A stretch of DNA of 64,000 bases from Narcine bancroftii (lineage: Eukaryota): the NCBI RefSeq assembly GCF_036971445.1, contig NC_091470.1, positions 278,070,001 through 278,134,000 of the forward strand, read 5' to 3'. Position 1 is the first letter of the stretch. Every line of letters starts with the position of its first letter. The position numbers and the translations under genes are program-made. This document shows positions 12,880 to 23,575 of the stretch, one piece after another. A model generated the notes under the pieces. The model made no database searches. It saw only the letters and a list, made by a program, of their open reading frames with translations, and was not told the origin of the DNA.

Positions 12880-13099
12880 GTGGTAGGTTCTATTTTGGCC
12901 CTCAGGAATGAATTGGATAAACATATGGTAAGAAAAAAATAGCAAAAATACACAGAAAGGTCCAGAAGGTAGAACTGGCAACTGGTCTGGTGGAGAATTG
13001 ACATGGACACAATGGGTCAAGAGATCTCCTGGGTCTAACTATTCTATGATTCTATCAGAGATGTCCACTGCATTCCTTCTCCACCTTCACAATGTCATG

Positions 13100-13540
13100 G
13101 AGTGTACAGAATGGGAATAGGACCTTTGCCCAAATTTGTCCCCATTGTCTATCTAAGCCAGTCCCATATCCCTCTGAATTTTCTATCCATTCACCTACCC
13201 AAATGTTTTTTCAAAGCATCTATTTGTCTCAAACATTTCCTCTTGCAGCTCATTCCATATATTCAATTTCCTCTAAAGTCCTATTTAAAGCTGTCCCTCT
13301 CATATTTAACATACCCTCTAGTTTTGTACTTTCCTATCCTAGGGTGGGGTTTGACTATTCACCCATCAATGCCCAGGATGATTCTATGTTCTTCATGAGG
13401 TTACACCTCATTTTCTTGCATTTCAGGGAGAAAAGTCCCAAACTATCCAGCCTCTCCTTATAATTCCAGTCTGCCAGTCCCAGTGACATTGATGTGAAAT
13501 GTTTGCACTCTTTTCAGTTTTATGATCTAATTCCTCAAGC
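13100..13540 (-). mobile_element. Decayed CR1 3' fragment
   Basis: Resembles the minus-strand CR1 3' ends at 22490-22900 and 59480-59950. Confidence 0.5.
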
Positions 13541-13567
13541 AAGACCACTATCACTCCACACACATTA

Positions 13568-13837
13568 TGTTAGAATAGGTTTGATGGGTACAAATAGAAT
13601 CAAGGCTGGATATTTATTATCAACAATCAGTGGTCTTTATTTATGCACAGGGGAACTCTCAAAATGGCACGCACTCACAGACCCAACAATAATACACAAA
13701 TAACTAAATATCAGATGCTGTGAAACATTCTCAGCTCCTGAGTGGGAATGCAAGAGTGAAACACACAATACCCACCACTCTCTCTATCTCTAGCAGGCAC
13801 AGCACACTAATAAACTGTAAATTAATTACAACTAACA
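13568..13837. mobile_element. Probable solo LTR
   Basis: Inverted termini TGTTAG...CTAACA, AATAAA on the minus strand, flanks ATTA/ACTA. Confidence 0.4.
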
Positions 13838-14329
13838 ACTATATGAATGAATTTAGTTTCCAGCATGGCCCTTGGGTCAGGATCCAGGAAGGACCCACTG
13901 CAGTCGGCCCTCCGGTGCCTCCTGTGGCCTGCAGCTTAGATTTAGTGATGATCTCCAAGCAGCAGCAAGAACAGAGAGAGAGAGAGCAAAAAACTCCATG
14001 TTTTGCTTTTTCAATGCAGGGCCCATCCACGTGAACTGCGAGGACCAACCTCACCTGTGGGAAGATCTAAAGCTTGATTGGCAGGTGAGGTCACTTCCAA
14101 TCTCAGGCTCACTGGAGAGGTCACGTGGCCCCACACAATTCAGTCTGACCAGGTCCCAGACCGAGAGGTTACATGGGCCTCCACAATCCACAATACAATA
14201 TTCCAAATGTGAGTTTACCAGCATCTTTTGCAGTTATGTCATGATGACCTATCTCCTATATTCAATGCCTTTCACCACCCTGACTACCTGCATCACCTCT
14301 TTAAGGCAATGATGTATCTGCATCCCTTG

Positions 14330-14957
14330 GCCTCTCCCACTGCAACTCGTACGCCTATGTGGAGTACCCAGATGGCAGGGAGGACACCATCTCCATCAGT
14401 GACATAGCACCCACCAGAATAGAGAGTCCATTGCCTCAAGTGCCCTACAAACCCCAGAGCTCATTCTTACCAACTCCAGCCAGGGCTTCAGGGGATCTGG
14501 CTCAGGAGGAAATTGCATTCCCCTCCACCTTTGAGCAGGAGACCCAGCCCACCTCTCCTCCCTCACAAGGGGACCAGGAGACTAAAGGAGCCCAAGGCCC
14601 TCTGGTGCTGAGGGAGTTAACAATCCCTCCACCAGGATCACCAGACCCCCAGACCGGTTAAATCTGTAAATTTGTAAATAATTGTATAATTTTTTTATTT
14701 ATTTTTCTTCTGAATCAATGTTCTGTCTTCATCCACAGACCCTAAATTCTGCAGGAAGGGGTGAGTGCAATGAACTGGGATTCACTGGTGGTGTGTTATA
14801 CTGATGGCTGGCTCCGTATATACCCATATATAACTCTGGTTTCTTGCCTAAACCCTGAGCCCTTCTGAAAACCACTTTAAGACCCTACCCTCAATTATAA
14901 GCTAATAAAAGCACGTGTTCTCCCTCCAGTCCTGAGAGCTTTTATTCAAGCTATAAT
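14330..14957 (+). mobile_element. Gypsy 3' fragment (integrase tail, PPT, LTR)
   Basis: EYPDGREDTISISDIAP, also seen in the elements at 24072 and 32950; PPT GGAAGGGGTGAG; LTR from TGCAATGAACTGGGATTCAC at 14766. Confidence 0.7.
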
Positions 14958-16074
14958 AGGATAGCTCAGAAGGCCTATGGGATGATGGGTTTCATTAATG
15001 TGGGAATGCGTTCTAGAAGTAAATCACAAAAATTTGTAGAGACTGATTGAAGTAAAAACACATATGCTGGAGAAACTCAATTGGTCAAATAGTGTCCTTT
15101 ATGTAGCAAAAGTAAAAATACATAACTGACATTTTGGGCTTGAGCCCTTCATCAAGGTATGGAAGAATGTTGGCAAATGTCCAAACAAAAGCGTTGGGGG
15201 GGGGGTAAAAGGGAGGAGGTGATAGGTGGAGAAGGGAGGGAGGGGACAGCAGTGATCAAGGGGAGGAGGGATGGCTGGGTGAGAGGAGAAGGTAGGGAGG
15301 CAGGAAAACTGGAAAAACTGGAAAGGGGAGAGGAAGGGGTGAAGGGAAGAGCAGGTTAGCAGAAACCATAAAAGTCAATGTTAATGCCATCTGGCTGGAG
15401 AGTGCCCAGATGGAAAATCAGATGTTGTTCTTCCAATTTGCAGGTGGTCTAGGTGGGATAGTACATAAGGCCATCGACAAATATGTGAGTGTGGGTGTGT
15501 GACTCAGAATGTTAAAAATCTAATAGTTGGTGGGAAGGTGGAGGAATCAAGGATGATTTGGATGCCACATCCCCACCCCAGCTGAAAAGCAGCTAGCCTC
15601 ACTCAAGAGAGCGCCTGGAGGTAGACACTTAAGTAATTCGTGGCACTCTGGTGGGCGCTGCTGTGATTGACTGAGAGGCCACCTCACTGAGGTCACAGAG
15701 AGGTGGCCCCTCAGTATCAGCCAGTGCCGGGCCCACAACAAGTGCCACTAATTACTTAACTAACTGACTGCCTCGACTCAGGCTCTGTGTGCTCTTCGCA
15801 AGCTGCTTTACAAATTTAACCCCCACTGGGAGTCCAGCACTCACTCCCCAATCCTCCACGTTCCTCAATTCCTCTCACCACCAAACTATTAGATATTTAA
15901 CGTCCAATTCAGTCAGAGAGACATTAAAAATTTAATAGTTTGGTGGTTGTTGTTGTTAAGGTAGAGGATTGTGGGGGGGGGGGGGGGTGGGTGGAAGAGA
16001 GACCCGATGAGCACACCACCCGGGCCAGCAGCTGAGGCACCTGACGACCCTGCGCTAACAGCCCACGCCGGCTG

Positions 16075-16269
16075 CCCCTGCCCTGACGTCCCTCGCCGGG
16101 GAGCAGGGGCAGCTAGGAGGGGAGCTGTCAGGCGCTAGCCAGCTGATTGTCATCCCCTTAGCAGACACTTTCATGTGGTGCCGGGGGTCCTCAGTGCTCC
16201 GGCGATTATCCCTCCTGGAGTATAATATGCTGCTTTACATCGGGGGATTTTGGCCATCTGAAAGTGTCT
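16075..16269 (+). mobile_element. Partial non-autonomous DNA-transposon-like repeat (Harbinger-like MITE end)
   Basis: Homologous in inverted orientation to 17897-18170; terminus ...CCATCTGAAAGTGTCT next to TTA. Confidence 0.45.
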
Positions 16270-16288
16270 TTAAGTGTCTGTATTCAGC

Positions 16289-16570
16289 AAAGAGGTGGGC
16301 GTCTGTCTCCACTGTATTGAACAGGCAGTGCTGCAAAGTCTATTGTCGGGCGCGATCCTACCACTGATGGGCACGGGGGCTTTGACCTGCTCTGTTTCCG
16401 ACCTGACCCGATGTACACAATCTGGTGATGCCCGATTCCTCCAGAGACACCATATCGATGCCCAACTTAGTGAGGACACCAGCTCAACACAGGCCGCAGC
16501 AGCCCACAACTCCTGATCTCAAGCGATGCCACAGCATCCTGAGTAGCCGGATTACAGGCGCGCTCCAGCA
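16289..16570 (-). ncRNA. Divergent 7SL (SRP) RNA-derived sequence, near full length, probably a pseudogene or retro-copy
   Basis: Minus strand is colinear with 7SL: GCGCGCCTGTAATCCGGCTACTC...ATCGCTTGAG..CAGGAGTT..GGGCTG...GGTGTCC.CACTAAGTT.GGCATC.ATATGGTG...CAGGTCGGAAACAGAGCAGGTCAAA (helix 8, 16387-16405)...GGATCGCGCC...AATAG...GAGAC...CTCTTT. Confidence 0.85.
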
Positions 16571-16830
16571 GAGGACAACGTGTGTCACCCAGTAAGGCAG
16601 ACAGCAGGCACTAAATTAACTTAATGCAGGAGAGCCACAAACACTGCTGAGTGTTTCCAGCACTTAGTCCTCTAATTTGGGGTAAAGATCAGTTTTAATT
16701 ACAGGGGTGGGGGGCGACAGGGCTGGAGGGGCTGAATTACCCGTATTCGTTTGCTCCAGAGGAAATCGGTGAGATCATTTAACCGAATTTCTCCAATGGG
16801 TGATAATAAGAAAAAGACCGGCGTGTCCCA

Positions 16831-17071
16831 CCCCTCACGCATCTGCTCCAATGAAAGAGGGCACCGACAGAATAATGCCAAGAATGGAAGCGTACGAGGT
16901 AAACCACGGTGTCTGCAGACGTTCGTGTTTTACTGTTGATACGTCTGAGGCGGCGGAAGGAGGAGGAGAGGTAAAGGGGCGGGCTCTTCAATATTACTCG
17001 GGCAGACAGTGGATTCTGCTCAGTTTCCAACCAGCTGTTTGGCTCAATCGCCCCGATCGAGTGGAGGAAAC
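16831..17071 (+). promoter_or_regulatory. Putative V2 promoter (CCAAT and GC box)
   Basis: CCAAT 16848-16852 and GGGGCGGG 16976-16983. Both are retained in the otherwise diverged V5 upstream region. Confidence 0.5.
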
Positions 17072-17503
17072 ATGTGGCTGAATTCCTGGCTCCTGGCACT
17101 GACTTTCGGCTGTGAGGTTCCGAGGGTCCTTCAGCTTTAATCACTCTGTCCCGCCGTCGCGCAGCCGATTTATCGCTCTCTGCTTTTTTTTTGTTGCAGA
17201 TGGTTGTTGGGCTCAGACTCTAATCCAGCCCCAAGCATCGATTACCAAGTCTATCGGTAAAACCGGGAGAATCCGGTGTGATGTGAAGGGTGCAACGATT
17301 AGCAGCACAGATCCCATTCATTGGTACCAACAGAAACCCGGCCAGCCGATCACCAGGATACTCTATTTTGGGGACAGCGTGATCCGGGATTCGGGATTCG
17401 GGAGTGCATTCAACGTTGAAAAAAATGATCCCTCCAAACTCTCTCTCGTCATTGAAGTAACGGCAGAACACTCGGCCACTTATTACTGTGGCTTCTGGGT
17501 GTA
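17072..17503 (+). CDS. TRGV: TCR gamma-like V segment 2 (leader 17072-17111, intron 17112-17199, V exon 17200-17503)
   Basis: Leader MWLNSWLLALTFG + GT..TTGCAG intron. V exon QTLIQPQASITKSIGKTGRIRC...IHWYQQKPGQPITRILY...SATYYCGFWV. Confidence 0.92.
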
Positions 17504-17542
17504 CACAGCGTGCAACAGGAACTCCAGCTCTGTACAAAAACC
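17504..17542 (+). other. 23-spacer RSS of V2
   Basis: CACAGCG, 23 nt, ACAAAAACC (17534-17542). Confidence 0.93.
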
Positions 17543-17896
17543 CGAGCCGCCTGTCAGAGACACCACCTGGTCCAGAGAGGGCACCGACCCGCAGCTCAGG
17601 CAGAGATTACCCTTCCTCGGGGTGAGGAGCTGGGGTCTGGACAAGAGGCGGGGACTGAACCAGGAGCTTCTGAAGCAGCCGGATTTGTCGCTACAAAAAG
17701 GAAGCGGCCTGGTGCTGTCCACGTTTCTGGAGGCCCTCTTCCTATGGAGGGCTGGATGAGGGGACTCTGTCACCCGGGACACGCCGCGGGCCGGCTGGTG
17801 GGGTGGCAGAGGAGCTCTTCCAGACCATACTGATCCCCTGGCGTGGTGAGCTGCGCACTGTCCTCTGACTTCCCAAACTCCCGACCCTGCCCCATT

Positions 17897-18640
17897 AGGC
17901 ACTTTCAGGTGGCCAAATGCCCCGCTTGTAAAGCCGCATATTATGGCAATATGTGGCTGTCGGGAGACCACTTGAATGCGCAGGAGACGCCTGCAAGGCA
18001 AACTTTGTAACCCTTCGCCAAGAGGGATAATCGCTGCAGAACAGTGGTCCCCCCAGCCATCTGAAAGCACCCGCCTGAAAGTGGCTGAGGGGATGACAGT
18101 CAGCTGGCAAGTGCCTGACAGCTCCCCTCCCAACTGCCCCTGCCCCCCAGTGCGGGACATCCCCACACTGATACCCCTGCCCACTCTCTCCCAACAGCCC
18201 AAAATCAGTCTCCATACTGTTGGGCGGCCGGCGCGGTCTGTAGGGGTTGGGGCAGCCGGCATCGGCAGTAGCACAACCTGCGCCGGGCGCCCCTACCGCT
18301 GCAGCCCGAGCTGTCCGTTCCATCCTCTCCAGCCGGCGCCGGCCACCTGAAGCACTACAGCCCTCTCCACCCGTACCTACCCCGACAGCCCCAACCACAA
18401 AAGCCTGCACCGGCCACCACAAATACTAGAGCCCGCGCTGGCAGCTCCAATCCCTACAGCCCACACCGCCAGCTCCAATCACAAAAGCCCGCGCCGGACC
18501 CCCCTCCCACCCCCCACAGTGTGGGAACTAATTTTGGGCTGTTGGGAGAGCGGGGCAGCGGGATCAGTGTGGGGACATCTCCACGCTGATAGCCCGCGCC
18601 AGCTGTCCCAACTCTGACAGCCGGAAGGGATAGGAGCCAG
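17897..18640 (-). mobile_element. GC-rich non-autonomous DNA-transposon-like repeat (Harbinger-like), partial
   Basis: Begins TTAGGCACTTTCAGGTGGCC, has internal inverted similarity (18170-18220 vs 18515-18575) and is homologous to 16075-16269. Confidence 0.45.
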
Positions 18641-18644
18641 AGTG

Positions 18645-21042
18645 CGCTCAGAGGCGCATAGGATGCAGCTTCGCGAGGGCGTCCTTAGTGGCCTCAAATG
18701 CTGCGCAGGCTTTTGGGTTCCAAGTGAGCACCTTGTGTTTGGCCGCGATGAGGGCGAATTGCGGTTGCATATTGCGCGCAGCTCCCGGGATGAAGCGGTT
18801 GTAAAAGTTGACCATACCCGCGAACTCCTGCAGCACTTTGAGGCTGTCTGGGTGTGGGAACTCCCTGATAGAGGAGACCTTAGCAGCAGCTGGTGTGGCT
18901 CCTTCTGATGGTATGGCCCAGGAACTGCATGGACTCTTTCCCGAACTGTCACTTGGCCTGGTTGATGGTAAGGCTGAAGTCGGCCAGCCAGGAGAAGAGG
19001 GCATGTAGTTGGGCCTTAGTTTGTGCCCAGTCTTTGCTGGCAAAGAGAATGTCATCCAAATAAATAAAGATGAAACCCATGTCTCTGCCCACAGAGTCCA
19101 TGAGGTGCTGGAATGTCTGAGCAGGGTTCTTGTGCCCCAAGGCATGTGCAGGAATTCGAACAAGTCAAAGGGGGTGATGATGGCCGTCTTGGGTATGTCC
19201 TCAGGGTGCACCAGGATCTGGTGATATCCATGCATCAGGTCAACCTTGGAGAAAACCCTTGCACTGTGCAGGTTGGCCGTAAAGTCTTGGATGTGAGGGA
19301 TGGGGTAACGGTCAGAAACGGTCACCTCGTTGAGCCATCGATAGTCTCCGCAGGGACGCCAGCTGCTGGAGGCTTTCGGGACCAGGTGGAGTGGTGAGGC
19401 CCATGGCATGTCGGACCACTGAATGATCCCCAGCTCCAACATGTGCAAAAACTCCTTCTTCGCTACCTGGAGCTTGTCAGGTGGAAGCTGGCGTGCTTTG
19501 GCGTGAACCGGTGGGCCCTGGGTGGGGATGTGATGGAACACCCTGTGGCGTGGCAAGGCAGCAGAGAACTTGTGGCTTGAGGAGTGTTGGGAACTCGTCC
19601 AGGATTCGCTGGAACTCGTCTCTGGGCGTGCTGATCGTGGCCATCTACGGTTGCTCAGAGCGGGAGTTGTCGAGGCAAATGGCCTGGAAGGTACGGGCAT
19701 TCACCAGGTGCCTACCTTGAATGTCCACCAGAAGCCCGTGTGCGAGGTGGAAGTCTGCACCCAGGATGGCAGTTGGGAGGGACGAGACGGTAAACCTCCA
19801 CGCGAAATTACGTTGGCCGATCTGGAAGTGGACTGTCTTGTCTCCATACATCCAGATTGCCATTGCGTTGGCCACACGGAGGGGAGTTCCATGAGGTTGG
19901 TTCCTGGACTCGAAGGCCACCAGGATGATGCTGATCTGGGCTCCAGTGTCAATGAGGAACTGCCAGCCACTGACTGATTCCCGCAGGTAGAGGAGGCTGT
20001 GTTGTTGGCCAGCTGCTGCAGCCATTAACAACGGCCAGCCTGGTCATTTCTCTGGAACGAGCAGGGCTGATGACACTTCTAAGCCTTGGCTCCCCAGCGC
20101 TGGTGGTAGAAGTAGAGGCCTGGAACGGATGGTGTGGCCTTGGTTATGCTCTTGGGGGCCCCTGCATGGGCTGGGTGCTCTACCACAGCACTAAGGGTGG
20201 GCTTAGTGTGGTCGTGCCCATGCCTCATGACCTGCTGGACCACTGAGCCCTCCAGGAATCATGCGAGCCATAGCTCTTGGGCCTTCTGGGTGACATTCCT
20301 TGGGTCATGAAGCTCTCCTGGACTAGCAGCGGCCAGATGTCCCCAGGTATATGGTCGAGGAAGATGTGCTCGAAGAGTGGGCAGTTGTTGTGCTCACCCA
20401 TGAATGCGAGCATCTCATCCATCAGCTTCATCGGGGACCTGTCCCCCAAGGCATCGAGGTGCAGCATCCGAGTGGCACGCTGGTGTCTGGATAGTCCGAG
20501 GGACCCGGTAAGCACTAGCTTGATGGTCTCTTATTTTTCCTCGGTGGGTGTCCTCGGCGTGTGGATGCTGAACAAGGTGCAGTGACCACATGGTAGAATT
20601 TGGTCATGTCGGACGAAATCTGGTGGAGGTGAAACTGAGCCTCCGCATGGCCAAACCAGGTCTCCAGCTCCTGAACCCAGAATTCAGGCAGTTTCACAGT
20701 TATAGCGCTGATCCCAGGCTCACTCGTGATGGGTTCAAAGACGTTTGAACCAGACGGGGTCACCAATTGTAGCGGCAGCTACACTGCTCCTGCAATAACA
20801 CACACACAACCAGACAGGTTGAGCTCAGTGAGCAGACTGGTTTATTGCAGGCTGCTGGGCTGCACTTATACTCCCAGCCCAAACCTGGCTGAGAACTGCA
20901 CTGGATGACTTTGACGTTACCCGGGCATCATGTGGTCCCCCACCGCAGGTTTCTGAGCCCCATGCTGGAAGGAAGAGAAACCCCTGACAGTGCCATTTTG
21001 GCTGGCGGGACTGGTTCACCTGCCTTGTGGTGAGGCACCACA
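18645..21042 (-). mobile_element. Gypsy LTR retrotransposon, 3'-truncated and frameshifted
   Basis: 5' LTR 20768-21042 (TG...CA); PBS TGGTGACCCCG (20755-20765, tRNA-Trp-like); gag KLPEFW; protease FLIDTGA; RT PWASPLHLVPK, FIYLDD. Confidence 0.9.
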
Positions 21043-21517
21043 AGACTTAAATTTTAACAACACAATTCACAAGATTATTACCTCTGACAATGAGGTTACA
21101 TTTATAACCCTGTTTGTCTGTTTATTGTTTGTTTCTCTGTCTGACTATAAGCAAATTATTGTCCTAACATGATGGGTTGATTACGCCAAATAACCTTAAA
21201 AGGTATATAGACTTAAAGGTGTGTAAAGTAAAAGGTTTTAATGTTGTGTTGCCCTTGGCAGAAGTATGCACTCTACTGAGTGATTTGTGTGCCAGAACAT
21301 TTTCTTTTATATTTGAAAAAGATAATCAAAGATTGATGTGTTACGTATTCTTGCAATTTAAAATAAATTTAGCAGTTTAAAGTTTTGTGCTTTTCATTTT
21401 TTCTACAAAACATGTCTTTGAAAGTCAAAGTTGGCAATTTGGGTGGGGGATGGGGGGGACGGAGGTCCAAATAGTTGGCCTTGCCTAGGGCGCTAAATAG
21501 TCTGGTACCAGTCCTGG

Positions 21518-22485
21518 CCTTAGGGATCAATTCTGGGACCATTGTTTGTTGTCTGTTTCAATGATCTGGATGATAATGTGGGAAATTGGATCAGCAAGTT
21601 TGATGATGATATAAAAGATTGGGGGAATTATGGACAGCGCAGAAGGATTTCAAAACTTGCAGAGGGATCTAGACCAATTGGAAAAATGGGCCAGGAAATG
21701 GGAGATGGAATTAAATGCAGACAAATGTGAGGTGAAGGACAAACCAAGGTAAGACATACACATTAAATGGTAGGCCACTGAAGAGTGCGAAGGAACAAAG
21801 GGATCTGGGAATATAGATAGATAATTCCCTGAAAATGGTGTCACAAATAGATAGGGTTGTAAAGAAACCTTTTGGCACCTTGGCATTCATAAATCAAAGT
21901 ATTGAGTACAGGAGTTGGGATGTTATGGTGAGGTTGTATAAGACATTGGTGAGGCCATATTTGGAGTATTGTGTGCAGTTCTGGTTGCCAAACTACAGGA
22001 ACAATATATCAGTAAGATTGAAAGAGGGCAGAGAAGATTTAATAGGATGTTGCCGGGTCTTCAGGAGTTGAGTTACAGGGAAAGTTTAAACAGGTTGGGA
22101 CTTTATTCCATGGAGCATAGAAGAATGAGGGGAGATTTGATAGAGGTTTACAAAATTATGAGTGGTACAGACAGAGTAAATGTAAGTAGGCTCTTTACCC
22201 TTAGATTAGGAGAGATAAATACAAGAGGTCATGGGTTTTAGGGTGAAAGGAAAAAGGTTTGGGGGATCAATGGGGGAGCTTCTTCACTCAGAAAATGGTG
22301 GGAGCGTGGAAAAAGTTGCTATCTGACATGGTAAATGCAGACTCACTCTTAAGTTTTAAGAATAAATTGGATAGATAGATTGGAGGGTTATGGAATGGGT
22401 GCAGGTCAATAGGAGTAACAGAATGATAATTTGGCACAGACGAGAAGGGCCAAATGGACTGTTTTCTGTGCTGTAGTGTTACAGA
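21518..22485 (+). mobile_element. 5'-truncated CR1 LINE
   Basis: RLYKTLVRPYLEYCVQFW...RRMRGDLIEVYKIM and a CR1 3' UTR. Confidence 0.85.
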
Positions 22486-23570
22486 AGAACATAAGAATAG
22501 AAGCAGGAGTAGGCCATCTGGGTCATTGAGCCTGCTCGGCCAATCATTAAGATCATGACTCAAACCCCCCCATATCTACCTTTTCCCCATGCCCCTTAAT
22601 TCCTTTTTTTGATGTAAAAATCTATCTAACTGAACCTTAAATATGTTTAAGTAGCCTCAACTGCTTCACTGGCCAGAGAATTCCACAGATTCACTACTCT
22701 CTAGGAAAAACAGTTTTTCCTCATCTCCATCTTAAATCTACTCCCCTGAATCTTGAGGCTGTGTTCCCTAGTTCTGATCTCACCTGCCAGTGAAAACAAT
22801 TTTCCTGCCTCTATATTATCTATCCCTTTCATAATTTTATGTTTCTATAAGATCTCCTCCCAATCTTCTGAATTCGAGTGAGTATAACCCCAGGCAATTT
22901 AGACTTTGCTTGCAGGTCAACCCCCTCATCTCTGGGATCAACCTGGTGAACCTCCTCTGGACTGCTTTCAAGGCCAGTATATCCTTTCTCAAGTATGGAG
23001 TTCAGACCTGCACACAGTACTCCAGGTGCAGGTGCACCAGTACCTTTTACAGTTGCAGCATGACCTCCCTGCTCTTGAATTCAATTCCTCTAGTGGTGAA
23101 GGCCAACATTCTATTTGCCTTCTTAATAACCTGTTGTACCTGCAACCCAACTCTTTGTGATTCATGCACAAACACTTCCAGGTCCTTCTGCACTACAGCG
23201 TGCTGCAGATTTTCACCATTTAAATAATAATCTGCTCTTCTATTTTTCCTACCAAAGTGGATGACCTCATATTTACTAATAATGTAGTCCATCTGCCAGA
23301 CCTTTGCCCACTCACATAATTTAACTTTATCCTTCTGCAGCCTCTCCACATCCTCTGTACAATTTGCTTTTCCACTCATTTTAGTATCAACTGCAAACTT
23401 GGCTACATTACACTCTTCCAAATCATCAATGCAAATGGAGAATTTTGGTAAATGACTACCAACACATTGAATATAACTCCCGCCATTTCCTTCAGTATCC
23501 TGGGATGCATCCCATCAGCACCAAGGAAATTTGTCTACTTTCAGTCCCATTAGTTTGCTCATCACGATCT
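22486..23570 (-). mobile_element. 5'-truncated CR1 LINE
   Basis: ORF 23047-23421 KFAVDTK...RGIEFKSREVMLQL; CR1 3' end at 22486. Confidence 0.85.
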
Positions 23571-23575
23571 CTTTT

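Noticed and set aside
16495-16570. Primate Alu or human contamination
   Set aside because: The similarity continues through the S domain that Alu lacks, and there is no dimer structure or poly-A.
17112-17759. ORF-track versions of the V genes with intron-derived starts and tails running through the RSS
   Set aside because: Leader exons, splice sites and RSS define the true boundaries. Read-through tails are lost on rearrangement.
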